Assembly (NCBI RefSeq): GCF_036971445.1
Contig: NC_091479.1
Location: forward strand, 100,130,001 to 100,194,000
DNA from: Narcine bancroftii
Lineage: Eukaryota
Direction: 5' to 3'
DNA: 64,000 bases
Shown: positions 26,304-38,532 of the stretch, one piece after another
Numbering within the stretch: position 1 is the stretch's first letter
How the letters are laid out: the number at the start of each line of letters is the position of its first letter
Program-made: the position numbers and the translations under genes
Notes under the pieces: model-generated
Told to the model about the DNA's origin: nothing
Database searches by the model: none
Seen by the model: only the letters and a program-made list of their open reading frames with translations

Positions 26304-26632
26304 CTGCAAAGCAATAAACTATCAAGAGCAGCACACAATCTATAGTGATACACTTCTTAGATTTTTTGACACATCAGAAATTCAGTTGTTGAAATTCACA
26401 CACAAACAATAGAGGGATCTCCTTCACAATGTTTACATTTTATTTGAAAACATCTTTAAAACAAGGTTACAAACTTTGCTTAAAATAAAGATTCAGGCTG
26501 CAAATAAAATGCATTTAATTTTTGGTCCACTGATGTTACATTATGAGTAAATTTTCAAAATAATATTTGCATTCTGGAAGGTTACAAATGCTGTTGAGTG
26601 TTCAGTACAACACTCCGTGAAGCTTCAGGGGA

Positions 26633-26851
26633 AAATTTAAACTTAGACATACAGCATGGTAACTGGTCCTTCCTACCCATGAACCCATGCCACTCAATTA
26701 CACCCAATTAACCTACAAACCCCATATGTTTTTGAAGGTTGGGAGGAAACCGGAGGAAATCCATGCAGACATGGGGAGAACGAACAAACTCCTTACAAAT
26801 CGCAGCAGATTTAAAACCTGGTTGGTAGCACTGTAACTGCATAGCGCTAAC
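26633..26851 (-). mobile_element. V-SINE
   Basis: Same family. Confidence 0.75.
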
Positions 26852-27142
26852 AATGTTCTTCAGGTTTGATGCAGGCCCAAATCGGAGGTTTCCAGCGTGT
26901 CGAGGTGGCCAGTTATTTTGAGATGGGTGGGGTTGGAGCAGAAAAATGGAGGACCTCTTGGCTGATTCAAACAGTAGCTTTCTCAGGACCAGTCACCCTA
27001 ACGACCTCCCCACGGTGGCCCAGCCCCATTGATAATTAAATGATGTAGAAAGCAAAGTAAAAAAAAAATTCAACAAAATTTCCCAATTTGGACTCATCCT
27101 GCTTGTTCAGACCTGATGGTAGAAAGAAAATACAAAATAGGT

Positions 27143-27365
27143 AGCATGGTTGGCGTAGCGGTTAGCACACCTTTACAGCACGGGGGTTTGAATCCAGTGC
27201 TATTTGTAAGGAGTTTGTTCGTTCTCCCCGTGTCTTCGTGGGTTTTCTCCGGGGGCTCCTGTTTCCTCCCACTATAGGTTAATGGGGTGTAAATTGGGGG
27301 GTATGGACTCGTGGGCCAAAACGGCCTATTACCGTGTATAAGTCTAAATGTAAATTTTAAAAAAA
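27143..27365 (+). mobile_element. V-SINE
   Basis: Same family. Confidence 0.75.
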
Positions 27366-27719
27366 ATTATTACAAATGTCAATTGTCTGAGATAAGAGCC
27401 TGAAGATGAAAGTTGAAAAGGAATGCTTGGAGTATTACTACAATACAACCAGTTATGAATGGGCATGTATTACCTCCTAGCCGACACCTGACAGCAATCA
27501 TCATTTCAGAAACATCAATCAGGACCAAATTTTGAACAGTGATTCATCAGAATCTTAAAGCAAAGAATCTCATATCCATCTTTGGATCTGTTACACTTGC
27601 ATGCAATCAAATGGAGGTCACAGAGATTCAAAAATAAAATACATTCCTACCATGAATAAATCCATTTTACTACCTCAATTGCAAAAGAACTCAACAAATT
27701 ATATTTTTTAAAAATGTAC

Positions 27720-27861
27720 CTGTAGTTCCTTTCACTAGTAATGTTGTGACTGTAGGCTTGGTTGAAGACACAGTGACAGGTGTAACTAGTCTAACTCCAC
27801 TTACTGTTACTGGATTTCCACCAACAGTTCGTAGAATGGTACCAGGTGTTTTCAGAACAAC
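27720..27861 (-). CDS. HCFC2: HCF exon 14 (basic region)
   Basis: [47 protein letters not shown]. Confidence 0.92.
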
Positions 27862-28271
27862 CTAGAAAATCATATTTAAAAAAAAAATGCATTCATTTAG
27901 AAGATGCAAATATTACAAGCCAGGCCATGTTCCATCAAAAGGAGCTATCCCTTCAAACTGCTACTGCCCAATGCAGGTTCTCTCACAAGTGTTTTTGGAT
28001 CCAAGATTCAATTAAAAGTCAAAGAATTAAGCGGATTGTATGAATGACCATCTGAGCAAGCATCACCAGTGGCCAACACAAAGAGGACCCAGAATTGGAA
28101 TCAAATTATTTTCTCCTGAGCTTCAGGATACAGAAGGTAACTAACACAGCTTTGAATGCACCACGTAGTGTTTTCAGACTATGGAGTCAAGAAGAAACAA
28201 AGGCAAAGAGATATTTATAGCGAGAAAGATTGAGACGGTTATATTAAAAAACTGAACCAAATAGGTACTAC

Positions 28272-28408
28272 CTGTGTTACTCCAGGCTGGCCGGCGGTAA
28301 ATTTTGGCACGGCCGTTATGATCTTTGCCGGTGTTCCTGTTCCTGAGGTCACTACTTTTGTTGTAATGAGTGTAATTGGAGATTTCATACCAGGAGAAGC
28401 ATTCACAC
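28272..28408 (-). CDS. HCFC2: HCF exon 13 (basic region)
   Basis: [46 protein letters not shown]. Confidence 0.92.
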
Positions 28409-28976
28409 CTAGAAAAAAAACATATACATCACTGTTTATGATTTGTAAATTACACAAGACACTTTATTACCTGAAGTATTTAATATTTTGTAAACACAGA
28501 ATTCTTTACTTTAGATCACTGGCCATCTTTTTATTCCTTTTACGCTGATTTTTTAGATAAAAAATTAGAGCAGAAAGACATTCTTCCTTCTCTCTGTAAC
28601 TAAACAGAAATCAGTCCTGGGGAAGGAATTAGTTTTGCAATTTCACAACTACCAAGGCTTCAAGTTTTAGCAGGGATATTAACAATAAATATGCACAGTT
28701 TACTTTTAATATAACTCATTTTAAGAAGAAATTGGATGCTCTTTGACTTCACTAACAGATCATCTTTATGTGCCTTCATTCACCATCTATGTTATTTAAT
28801 CTAAGTCTAACTCAATTTATTTGAGCTCCACTAATGTGTGCCACCTCTCCTTCATTTGTCTATGTATCAAAGAGGTTATTGATTTTCCACTCAGACTCCT
28901 GTCACAAATGCTACATTGGCAACTTTAACCTTTTTTGAACAAGAGTGACATGTCCTTCAGCACTACCCATGTATTT

Positions 28977-30575
28977 AAAATTTTTTTTTCACACTATGAA
29001 CCACATTAATCAAAATACACACAAACATTTCCCTCTTGAATATACGGTGTCATTTTCTCCCCCTTTTTCCCCCCTCCCTTCCCTCCTTCCTTCCTACGCC
29101 CCTCCAAACCCATTAAACGTTCAACATATACAATACAATAAACCCATTAAACAATGTCATCACACAATGAAAAATAAACAAGAAAATTGTGTCATCTACT
29201 GTTACACTCTGGGTCAGTTCATTTCGTCTTCTTCTCATTCTATCATTTTAGGGGGGTGGAGGTCCGAGGCAAGCCCTCTCTGTTGTGTTCCATGTACGGT
29301 TCCCAAATTTGTACTTCATTTGTTCAAATGATAATAAATTATTTCCCAAAAAAACAATTTTCTATTCTTTTAATCCCTCTTCTCTCCCATTCTCTAAAGG
29401 AAAGGTTATCTATTGTGAAAGGGATTAGTTGATTTTGTGTCAATAATAATTTTGGTAGTTGGTAATTTGTATTTTTCCTTTCTACATGAATTTCCTCCAA
29501 ATGTTGAGCAGATGGTGCAGTACTGGTAAACTTCTATATTGCACCAGTTTTTCATCCCATTCATAAAGTATATGTTCTGATATCTTCTCCCCTATTTTAT
29601 CTAGCTCTATCCTGGTCCAATCTGGTTTTTCCCCTTGTTTGATAAAAATCTGAGATATCTTAATTGTGCTGCTCTATAATAATTCTTAAAGTTTGGTAGC
29701 TGCAAACCACCTTGTTTGTATAATTCTGTTAATTTATCTAGCGCTATCCTCGGTTTCCCCCCCCTTTCCATAAGAATTTCCTTATTATTTTCTTTAGCTC
29801 ATTGAAGAATTTCTCTGTTAAGGGAATTGGTAACGATTGAAATAGGTATTGTATCCTTGGGAAGACATTCATTTTAATTCAATTTAGCCTTCCTATCAGT
29901 GTTAGTGGTAAATCTTTCCAGTGTTCTAAGTCATCTTGTAGTTTCTTCATTAATGGCTGATAATTTAATTTGTATAGATTCATTGGAGCGACTTCATCCC
30001 TAACATCGAAGTACTCGAGATGGCAGAGGCCGACAGCATCGAATCCATGCTGCTGAAGATCCAACTGCTCAGGGTAGGTCACGTCTCCAGAATGGAGGAC
30101 CATCGCCTTCCCAAGATCGTGTCATATGGCGAGCTCTCCACTGGCCACCGTGACAGAGGTGCACCAAAGAAGAGGTACAAAGACTGCCTAAAGAAATCTC
30201 TTGGTGCCTGCGACATTGACCACCACCAGTGGGCTGATCTCGCCTCAAACCGTGCATCTTGGCGCCTCACAGTTCGGCGGGCAGCAACCTCCTTTGAAGA
30301 AGACCACCTCACTGACAAAAGGCAAAGGAGGAAAAACCCAACACCCAACCCCAACCAACCAATTTTCCCTTGCAACCGCTGCAACCGTGTCTGCCTGTCC
30401 CGCATCGGACTTGTCAGCCACAAACGAGCCTGCAGCTGACGTGGTCATTACCCCTCCATAAATCTTTGTCCGCGAAGCCAAGCCAAAGAAAGATCTCCCT
30501 GCTGGATCTATTATTTCCACCTCTATTTTGATTGGTACATTTTTATTGATTAATATAGCTACACCTCTGGCTTTT
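28977..30575 (-). mobile_element. Rearranged L1 with internal deletions and an embedded RTE
   Basis: L1 3' UTR and ORF2 pieces plus endonuclease piece KARGVAILI...DPAGR at 30494-30575; TSD CACTACCCATGTATTT at 28961-28976 and 30576-30591. Confidence 0.88.
29978..30493 (+). mobile_element. RTE-clade LINE 3' end
   Basis: HWSDFIPNIEVLE...GHVSRMEDHRLPKIV.YGEL...RYKDCLK...CNRCNRVCLSRIGLVSH, short 3' UTR ending in GAA-type tail. Confidence 0.88.
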
Positions 30576-32269
30576 CACTACCCATGTATTTTTGAAGGAA
30601 GATTATGGCCAGCACTTCCCACATATTCATTCTTTGCTTTTCTTATCAACCCAGGCCACATCCCATTTGATGTTAGTGTCATATCCACTTTAATATAATC
30701 AACGGTTCTTGGCCTACTCTTTACTAGCTCTTACCTAATGGCAGCTTCCTGGCAACCATTTATATAGTCACTTTACTAATATCCACTTCCTCAGTAAACC
30801 CTGATGTGAAGAACTCAACAATGCCCCTGGCTCTGCCAGTGAAACTTCACTTTAAATCTTCATTGCTCTCGCTGTTCCTAAAAGGTTTTATAGATGGCAT
30901 GACTGTAAAGTCCTTTAGAATTTTTTTTACTAGGATCTACCAGTATATTCATGTATTCATTGTCCCCAAATTTTCTTTCCATGTTATTTGGTTCACTTCA
31001 GCTCAATTCTAACTCATTATTATATTGACATTTGTCATAACCCTTAACTTCAACATTATCACACTTTCAAACTACTCATAATTTTGGTTGTTCTCCTATA
31101 TTCACCCCCCCCCCCCCCCCACCTTGTGGAGATGTACCTGTGCTATTCCCTAAAATATTGGCTATCCAGTTCTTTTAAAGTTATTTCAGAGAAGTGAGAA
31201 ATATACTGGGGCAGTGAAACAAGGCAGAGAATTTTCATTAAATAGGATGGTTTGGAGTGCATATCTACAAATCCTTAAAGTAGGATATCAATATGTTTAA
31301 AGAGGTACAGAATATGAGTGTTTTCTGTTTTTAGCCAAAGTACAGCAGGGATTCAATGGTTAGGGCATCGTTGGAGTTTCAGACGCCGTTCGGACCATAG
31401 TAACACAGCAGAGATGAGATGGTGTTGTGGAAGATAAAGGAATGTACAAGAATGTTGCCAGGAATAGTCATTTTTATCAATGAGAAAATACTGGATGAGC
31501 TAGGATTGCTTTGCTTGGACAAGAAAAGCAACTTAATTGAGGTATAAAGTTACGAGATGTGTAGGAAAATATGAAGAACATTTTTCCCTTAGCAGCAAGA
31601 TATAAGGGATGCAAATGTAACAATTGTTCGAAGGATTACAGATGAGGAAAGCTCTTCTATCAGGGATTGGTGAAGGATTTGAAACCATGGTCACAGAGGA
31701 CTCCCTTTCCTCTATTCATGACATTCTCCAGGAGTGTTGCTAAAATAGGCCTCAAAATGATCTTTTGAGAATTCCTTCCATCCATCACACAGCATCCTTG
31801 ACCTTCTGCCATTGAGAAGGAGGTGCAGGAGAATCAAAATTCAGACTTCTAGGCCAGGAAATAGCTTCCTCCTGCAGGCTGTGAGATTTTTGAATGGTGT
31901 TCTGTAACTTGGGGTCTCTTATAAATACAATGAGCAAGTTATCCCAAAATATTTTATACATCTATTTTATATATTTTTAAATGTAATTATTATGTGCTGT
32001 GTATTATGTTTGTCTGAGGGTGCACTGTGGTCCAGAGAAACACTGTTTCATCTGGTTGTGCATGTACAGTCAGATGATAATAAACTTGAACACTGCCTTA
32101 AAGTGCAGTAGAGTAGAAATATATACTTCAATAGTTCTGATCTGCTGGGCTGTCTTATCTATTCTTGCTTGAAAGGTTGGAATAGAAAAGGTAGTTTTTT
32201 GATAAAAGCAAACATGGTCCAAACAGCCTCCTCCTGCCTCAAAAGTTTTCTATGACCTTTGATTACCAA

Positions 32270-32865
32270 TACTGCACGTCAGCACCTCTACTTCCTCAGG
32301 AGATTGCAGAGGTTTGGTATGACATCAGAAACCCTGGCAAATTTCTACAGATGTTTGGTGGAAAGTGTGCTGACCAATTGCATCATGGTCTGGTAGGGGG
32401 ACTCCAATACTCCTGAGCACAAAACCCTCCAAAAGATAGTGGACACAGCCCAGGACATCACAGGCAAAACTCTCCCCACCATCGAGAACATCCTCAGGGA
32501 ATGTTGGCATCGGAGAGCAGCAGCAATCATCAAGGATCCACACCACCCAGAACACGCTCTGTTTTCACTGCTATCATCAGTGAAGAGGTCTCGGTGCCAC
32601 AAACCTCACAGCACCAGGTTCAGGAACACCTGCTACCCCTCCATCATAAGACTCGTCAATAACAAACTCAATCAGGACTCTTATTTTTGCACCTTACTTT
32701 TTAAAATTCTCTCTGTATTGCAGTTTGTCTTCATTTCTTTCTTTGTTTAAATGTGTACACTGTGTAGTTTTTTTGTGTGGTCATTCTGCCTGGCCTGCAG
32801 GAAAAAGAATCTCAGGGTTGTATGTGATGTCATGTCTTTACTCTGACAATAAATCTGAAATCTGA
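32270..32865 (+). mobile_element. Rex1/Babar-type LINE 3' end
   Basis: LANFYRCLVESVLTNCIMVW...IIKDPHHP.HALFSLL; tail AATAAATCTGAAATCTGA. Confidence 0.8.
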
Positions 32866-32868
32866 TAC

Positions 32869-33088
32869 CTGTAACATTGGGCTGAGCCATCAGTGCTGAA
32901 ACAGGGATGGTTTTTATGATGGTAGTTGCTCCGGTTTTGCTGCCGGTTGGCGAGACGCTGCCAAGACCCAGGATGGTTTGCTTCGTGCCTATTCCACCAG
33001 CTTGTGAGGTTGTGATGATCGTTGTTGGTTTACCATCCGCTGCTGTTACAAGCCTCACTATTGTCCCTGGAGGAAAGGGGCCCTTTGC
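32869..33088 (-). CDS. HCFC2: HCF exon 12 (basic region)
   Basis: [32 protein letters not shown]...[19 protein letters not shown]. Confidence 0.92.
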
Positions 33089-33204
33089 CTTCAGATTTGT
33101 TAGAAACAGTGACATTTAAACAGAAGTCTCGAATGGATATCACAAAATCAACACGTTTCTAATACTAAAAATGCCTCATGCATGGCATGGCTACTGCAAT
33201 AAAA

Positions 33205-33440
33205 AATTAAACATTTAAATTAAAGGACAGTTATAGGCCCTTTCAACCCACAGGCCTGTGCCACCAATTTACACCCAATTAACCTACACCCCTAGTACAC
33301 TTTGAAAGGTGGGTAGAAACCGGAGTCCTCAGGGAAAACCCACACAGACAAGGGGAGAATGTACAAACTCCTTGCAGATAGCGTGGGATTCGAACCCAGG
33401 TCCTAGTCGCTGTAACAGCATTGTGCTAACCATGCCGCCC
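33205..33440 (-). mobile_element. V-SINE
   Basis: Same family. Confidence 0.75.
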
Positions 33441-33811
33441 TTAAAGAACAGGCCATTAACTAGTAATATAGGGGGGGGGGGGTGGAAGGATCACCAAGAA
33501 TGCAAAAAGCCAAATACAAACAAAAAAAGGAAAAACATTTGGGAAAGATTAAAAAGGATACAGATGGTAAGGAAATACAGAGCAATAAGAACCTAAAATG
33601 TTGATTATCTAACATGAGGAAATCCTATTAAAGATGAGCTAAGCAGTCTGTAGAGCAATTCACCCATGTCATCAGTGTTGTATACAATCTAGGATAGGGA
33701 GAAATCAAATTACGATCTACATAACTAGAGGAAAATCAGGTTGGCAAATTGCATATTTAAAAAACACGGGGAGAAATGAAAGGTGGAATCACTAATAAAT
33801 CTGCTCTAGAC

Positions 33812-34034
33812 CAGCCATTATCAATAGGGGATGCACTGTTCCCCCCCCCCACCTAAGCCATAGCATATTTAAAGGGAGGGGCCTAGGGACTGAAATCATA
33901 ATTTAAAAAAAAATTCAGACAGCAAGAAAAAGTATGGAAGAAACCAACTCAATGACTGCTTGACAGGGAAGGGGCCCATAAACTTTGAGCAGAGTCCCAA
34001 GGGGGCCATAGCCAAAATAAGTTGAGAATGGCTG
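33812..34034 (-). mobile_element. hAT MITE, second family
   Basis: CAGCCATTATCAA...TTGAGAATGGCTG; flanks CTCTAGAC/CACTAGGC. Confidence 0.78.
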
Positions 34035-34904
34035 CACTAGGCAATAGTGCCTGGAGTCTGGTGTGTCTCCAATTAATCAGAAACTAGTCACACAAAAAAA
34101 ACAAAGCTGAGAATTTTCCTGAACCAGAAGACGGGATCAATGCTGTTTGGGAAACAATGTCTGTTTTATGCAAGCTCCCTCCAGGCACAATAGTATTTCA
34201 TTGCATGTTGCCCAAGAGATTGCGTGCAACTGGACTTGCAGACTCACTCTTTCACAAAGTGTCTTCCCTCAGAAAGCCCTGACAGTACCAATGGACAGAA
34301 AGATGTGAAGCAGGCAATGGATTAGATAACAGAGGGAGAGAGGAAATGCTGAGGTAAGATTTAAAGAATGAAACTTGAAGATAGAGACTGCAGTTCAGCA
34401 GTTGTCATTGGGATATTAACACTGAGAGATGAAATAGCAACAGGGAAGCAGCAAGGATTAGTGGTGGGACTTTGGGATGGCAGCATTGGAGATGTGGTTG
34501 GAGTTAATGTGTGGAGGTTGAACAAGTGATCACAAGATTAGGCCACATACACAGAAGACAGTCAAAACCATTGTCAGCATTAGGGGAATGGAGATACATA
34601 ACTGAGAACCTTCATGCAAGATCAATGTCTCAAACTCTGCAACAAAGCAGGTCCCCTCTTTCCATTACGGTGCCAGGGGCTTGAATTCTTTTTAGACGTT
34701 GCCTAAACTTGCAATATATACAGTTTGATGTCACTGGTAATCCGAAGTAGCACATGCACTTACAATTTACAAATGTGAGTCAAACATGGACAAACTGGTC
34801 CCATTACATTTAAGTAATTATTTTTAGATGAAATTCAATTGGATTTCAATAAAATCATTGAATTACAGTTTGAAAAAATCCTTTAATTTCTTAAATGGAG
34901 GAAA

Positions 34905-35220
34905 GCTTTTATCTTTGGAGTGAAGAAGGATGAGAGGTGACTTAATGGAGATCTATAGGATAATAGCAAAAACAGAGGACACAAGGTGAGGGGAGAAAAG
35001 TTTAAGGGAGAAGTCAAGAGTAAGGTTCTTTTTTTATTAGAGTAGTAGGTGCCTGGAATGTGTTGCCAAGGGTGGTGGTGGAGGTTGGTAGAATAGGAAC
35101 ATTTAAAAGACTCTTAGACAGGTACTTGGATGAAAGAAAGAGGGTTAAAGGTGTGAGGTAGGTTCAGACAGGTCGACACATCATGGACTGAAGGGCCTAT
35201 ACTACATTGTAATGTTCTAT
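34905..35220 (+). mobile_element. CR1 3' fragment
   Basis: RMRGDL and WNVLPRVVVE-like segments with tail. Confidence 0.65.
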
Positions 35221-35559
35221 GAAACATTGCAATGACGAATAGTGAAGTAGTTAAGATAGAGCAAAGCGACAAGCTATGAAGAATGTCCCGCAATGTCCCT
35301 GAATTTCACGCTGAAAAATCAAAATGGGCTTAAACTGTGCAGAAATAAGCTAGAGCCCATATAGCACTCAGAGTCCACAACAATAACACAATTGTTGATG
35401 GGTTGAAAATTAAATGGGAAATGTTGACATCAATTTACAAGGATGCACAATGAAACAAAAATGTGACTATGAACTGTGACAGTTTTATACTGAAGGGAAC
35501 ACCCTCATTACATTTTGATAATAGACCCACGATGTACAAACACAAGCCTGGATGGTTTC

Positions 35560-35878
35560 AGCTAGCCTACTTCCCATTCTCTCTCTCTTCCCAAGCCCTC
35601 TGTCATCTTTCCTTCAGCTCTCCACCCCCTTCCCTCTCCTTTCAGAGCCATCCCCTCTCCCCTTGTTTGTTGGTGTGCCCTCCCTCCCTTAACTACCTAA
35701 ATCCTTCTGCTTATGGGCCTGTGCTTCCCCCTGCTTCTCCCCCAAATTGTGTTTGGCCGCCTACCCACATTTTGTTCATACCTTGATGAAAGGCTCAAGC
35801 CGAAATGTTGGTATCTTTATCTTTGCTATATAAAGTACACTGTTTGACCTGCTGAGTTTCTCCAGCATTGTGTTTTTA
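35560..35878 (+). mobile_element. Penelope-like tail with hammerhead-like motif
   Basis: C/T-rich body, TTGATGAAAGGCTCAAGCCGAAA, conserved GACCTGCTGAGTTTCTCCAGCA end. Confidence 0.72.
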
Positions 35879-36006
35879 TCTGGATATTATTGCATGTGGT
35901 ACCTTGGACTAATATAGTGAAGCCTACTGATATTCTTTGAAGTGTTATTTTAATTGTGCCATTTCCCTTTCTAAAATCTGATAATTTCTTGACAATGATT
36001 ACTGAC

Positions 36007-36111
36007 CTGAATGAACTGGGCTAAGGACCCAGCTGTGGCTTGGCCAGTGATTGCACCACTTTGCACAGGAGCCGTCTGAACAAGAGTCATCATTTTTCCT
36101 AAATTGGAAAT
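36007..36111 (-). CDS. HCFC2: HCF exon 11 (basic region)
   Basis: [35 protein letters not shown], compare HCF-1 ISNLGKVMSVVQTKPVQ. Confidence 0.92.
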
Positions 36112-36329
36112 CTAAACAGAAAAAGAACAATTCAATGCCCTCAAATGCAATTACTACTTTAAAAAGTTTATTATGAAAATCTACAGAGAAGACACCTCCT
36201 CTCCCCAACCACCCCAGGCCCATTTCTTTGAGGTTATCAACAGCAAGTTGAACATTGTTACCTTTGAACCAGAATCCTACAAGGCATTTGGTTCAAAGGT
36301 ATCCTTCAAGGCGAGGCCAAACAAAGATC

Positions 36330-36605
36330 CTTGCAAATTTCTACAGGTGTACCATGGAGAGCATTCTGACTGGTTGCATCACTGTCTGCTACGGAGGTAC
36401 CAATGCACAGGACATTAAAATTCTACTGAGAGCTGGAACTTGGGCAGCGACATCACAGACACCAGTCTTTACTCTATCAAGGACATCTCAAGAAAACAGC
36501 CTCTATCCTCAAGGACTCTCTCCACCCAGGCCATGGCCTCTTCACACTGCGGGGGGCAATCAGAAAGAAGGTACAGGAGCCTGAGAACTAACACCCAATG
36601 GCATA
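36330..36605 (+). mobile_element. Rex1/Babar-type fragment
   Basis: ILANFYRCTMESILTGCITVCYG. Confidence 0.75.
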
Positions 36606-37482
36606 TTTAGACAGTTGATCATGGAAGGTTTATTTTAAGCCTACAATCAGGTCAGAAAGACAATTTGTTCCCAGTTACACTCCTCGCTGAGAGCAGATAA
36701 AGGGGAGAGGACATGAGAAGGAATTATCTTTCACTCTTACTGTTCTCTATCATCCATCCCTTTCATCGCACTTTGTCTCTTCCTTTTCTCCCGATCACCT
36801 TCCCCTCTCTCACTTCTTGTCATCTCACACCCTCCTTACCTCTAAGCCATCAGAGATGATTGTACTTAAATTGGCTCTTATGCCCAGTGTCTGCACCAAC
36901 CATCAATCACCAATTTACTCTTATCCTGCATTAGTTCCTCTTTTCATTCTCTCTGGATCCTCATCAGATTCTATCACTCATCTGCACGCTACAGTGGCCG
37001 ACCAAAACTAGTGGGCATAGGATACGTGTCTAACACTGAAGGGCACAGGTTTAAAGTGAGAGGGAGGAAGTTTCAAGGGGATCTGAGAGGTTCAAAAAGG
37101 AGTTGATACCTGGAATGAGCTGCCAGAGGAGGTAGTGGAGGCAGGAACAGCATTTAAGTGTAATCTTGACAAGCTCTTGAATGAGAAAGGCAGAGATTTA
37201 CAAGCGGGATTTGTACAGATAGGCACGATCTGCAGAAACAAGCTGGGACAAAAGGCCTGCTTCTTGCCACTATAATATAGATGTACACCCATTAAAACTC
37301 TGATTTATCAATAAAATTTCTCCAAGCTTCATCCTCAGCTCTCATCATCAAAGCCTTCAGAGTATTCTCAAAATGTGCTGGGTGAGGATGGGGGTAACAG
37401 CTGCTGGAAATAAACATTCTCTCCTCCCACTTCTCAAAGCTTGTCACATCAATTGTTGGCAGATGAATAAAAATTAGAAGTA

Positions 37483-37690
37483 CAGTAAAACCTCCAGTAT
37501 CCAGCATCTATAGGGATTGGTAGATGCCGGATGTGAATTTGCCGGGGGTTGTGTGAGATTGGACATCATCTCCGCTAGGAGATGCCAATTTTAAACTTTT
37601 GCATTTTTTACCTATTTATTTTCCGTGGTTTTCTTGCGGGTTGCTTGAGGCTGCTGGCTGCTTGAATTCCGAACAATGAGGATTTTACTA
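37483..37690. mobile_element. Tigger/pogo-like MITE
   Basis: TA-CAGTAAAACCTC ... GAGGATTTTACTA-TA. Confidence 0.6.
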
Positions 37691-37888
37691 TAATTCTTTA
37701 TGCCACAAAGAAATTTGAAGCAGCCAGTAACCAAGAACACAGTTTCTGACCTCAGGGTGAGATACTCAACTTTAACCATGCAGTAAGCTATAAACCTGCA
37801 TCCACTGAAAATACACCTTGAGGTGTTAGCAGAACATTAGCCCAAGTCTGAAATGCAAAGCCCTCGAGTAATAGGAATTGCTAATTAC

Positions 37889-38113
37889 CAGGGAACCTCC
37901 ACTGCCAACTTGAATTGGGCTTTTGACAAGTGTGAAGGTTTTGGTGACACCACCCACAACGGTGGTGACAACTTGAGCTTGCTGAGCTACCGTAAGAGCC
38001 CCAGATTTATGTACAGTTATGATAGGACGAGATGAGGCAGAACTTAGAGAACCAGAAGATGTCGCCACTTGTGCCGCCGCAGTCTTCAGCATTGTTGTGG
38101 CTGGTGTATTTAC
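37889..38113 (-). CDS. HCFC2: HCF exon 10 (basic region)
   Basis: [16 protein letters not shown]...[39 protein letters not shown], close to HCF-1. Confidence 0.93.
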
Positions 38114-38301
38114 CTGCAAAGTATAAAAATAGTTTCACGCACCTATTGCAATATATGCATTCTGAAGAGTTGCTTTCTCACCAAATTTACTGCAGTAGAT
38201 TCACAAATAAATATCCCAACCTTGCTTTTTTTAAAAATATAATAGAGGAATTTACATTGTTCTCCATTTCAAAGAAATAGGAACTCCTGCACATTTTCTA
38301 T

Positions 38302-38532
38302 GAGCCATTCACAACCTTTTATTTTTGTCTATGCCATATTTAGGACTCTGCTCAAAGCTTTTGGGCCCTGTTCCCTATGAAGCAGTCATGTTTAGTTGGT
38401 TTATTCCATAATTCTGTTCTACCGAATAAATAAAAATATTTAGGATGTCAATCTGTGTCCCCCCCCTTAAATGTGCTGTGGCCCTCGGGGTGGGGGGGGG
38501 GGGGAATTATGGCCCCCACCTGAGAATGACTG
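38302..38532 (+). mobile_element. hAT MITE, second family
   Basis: Internally similar to 45891-46104; ends TGAGAATGACTG. Confidence 0.7.
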
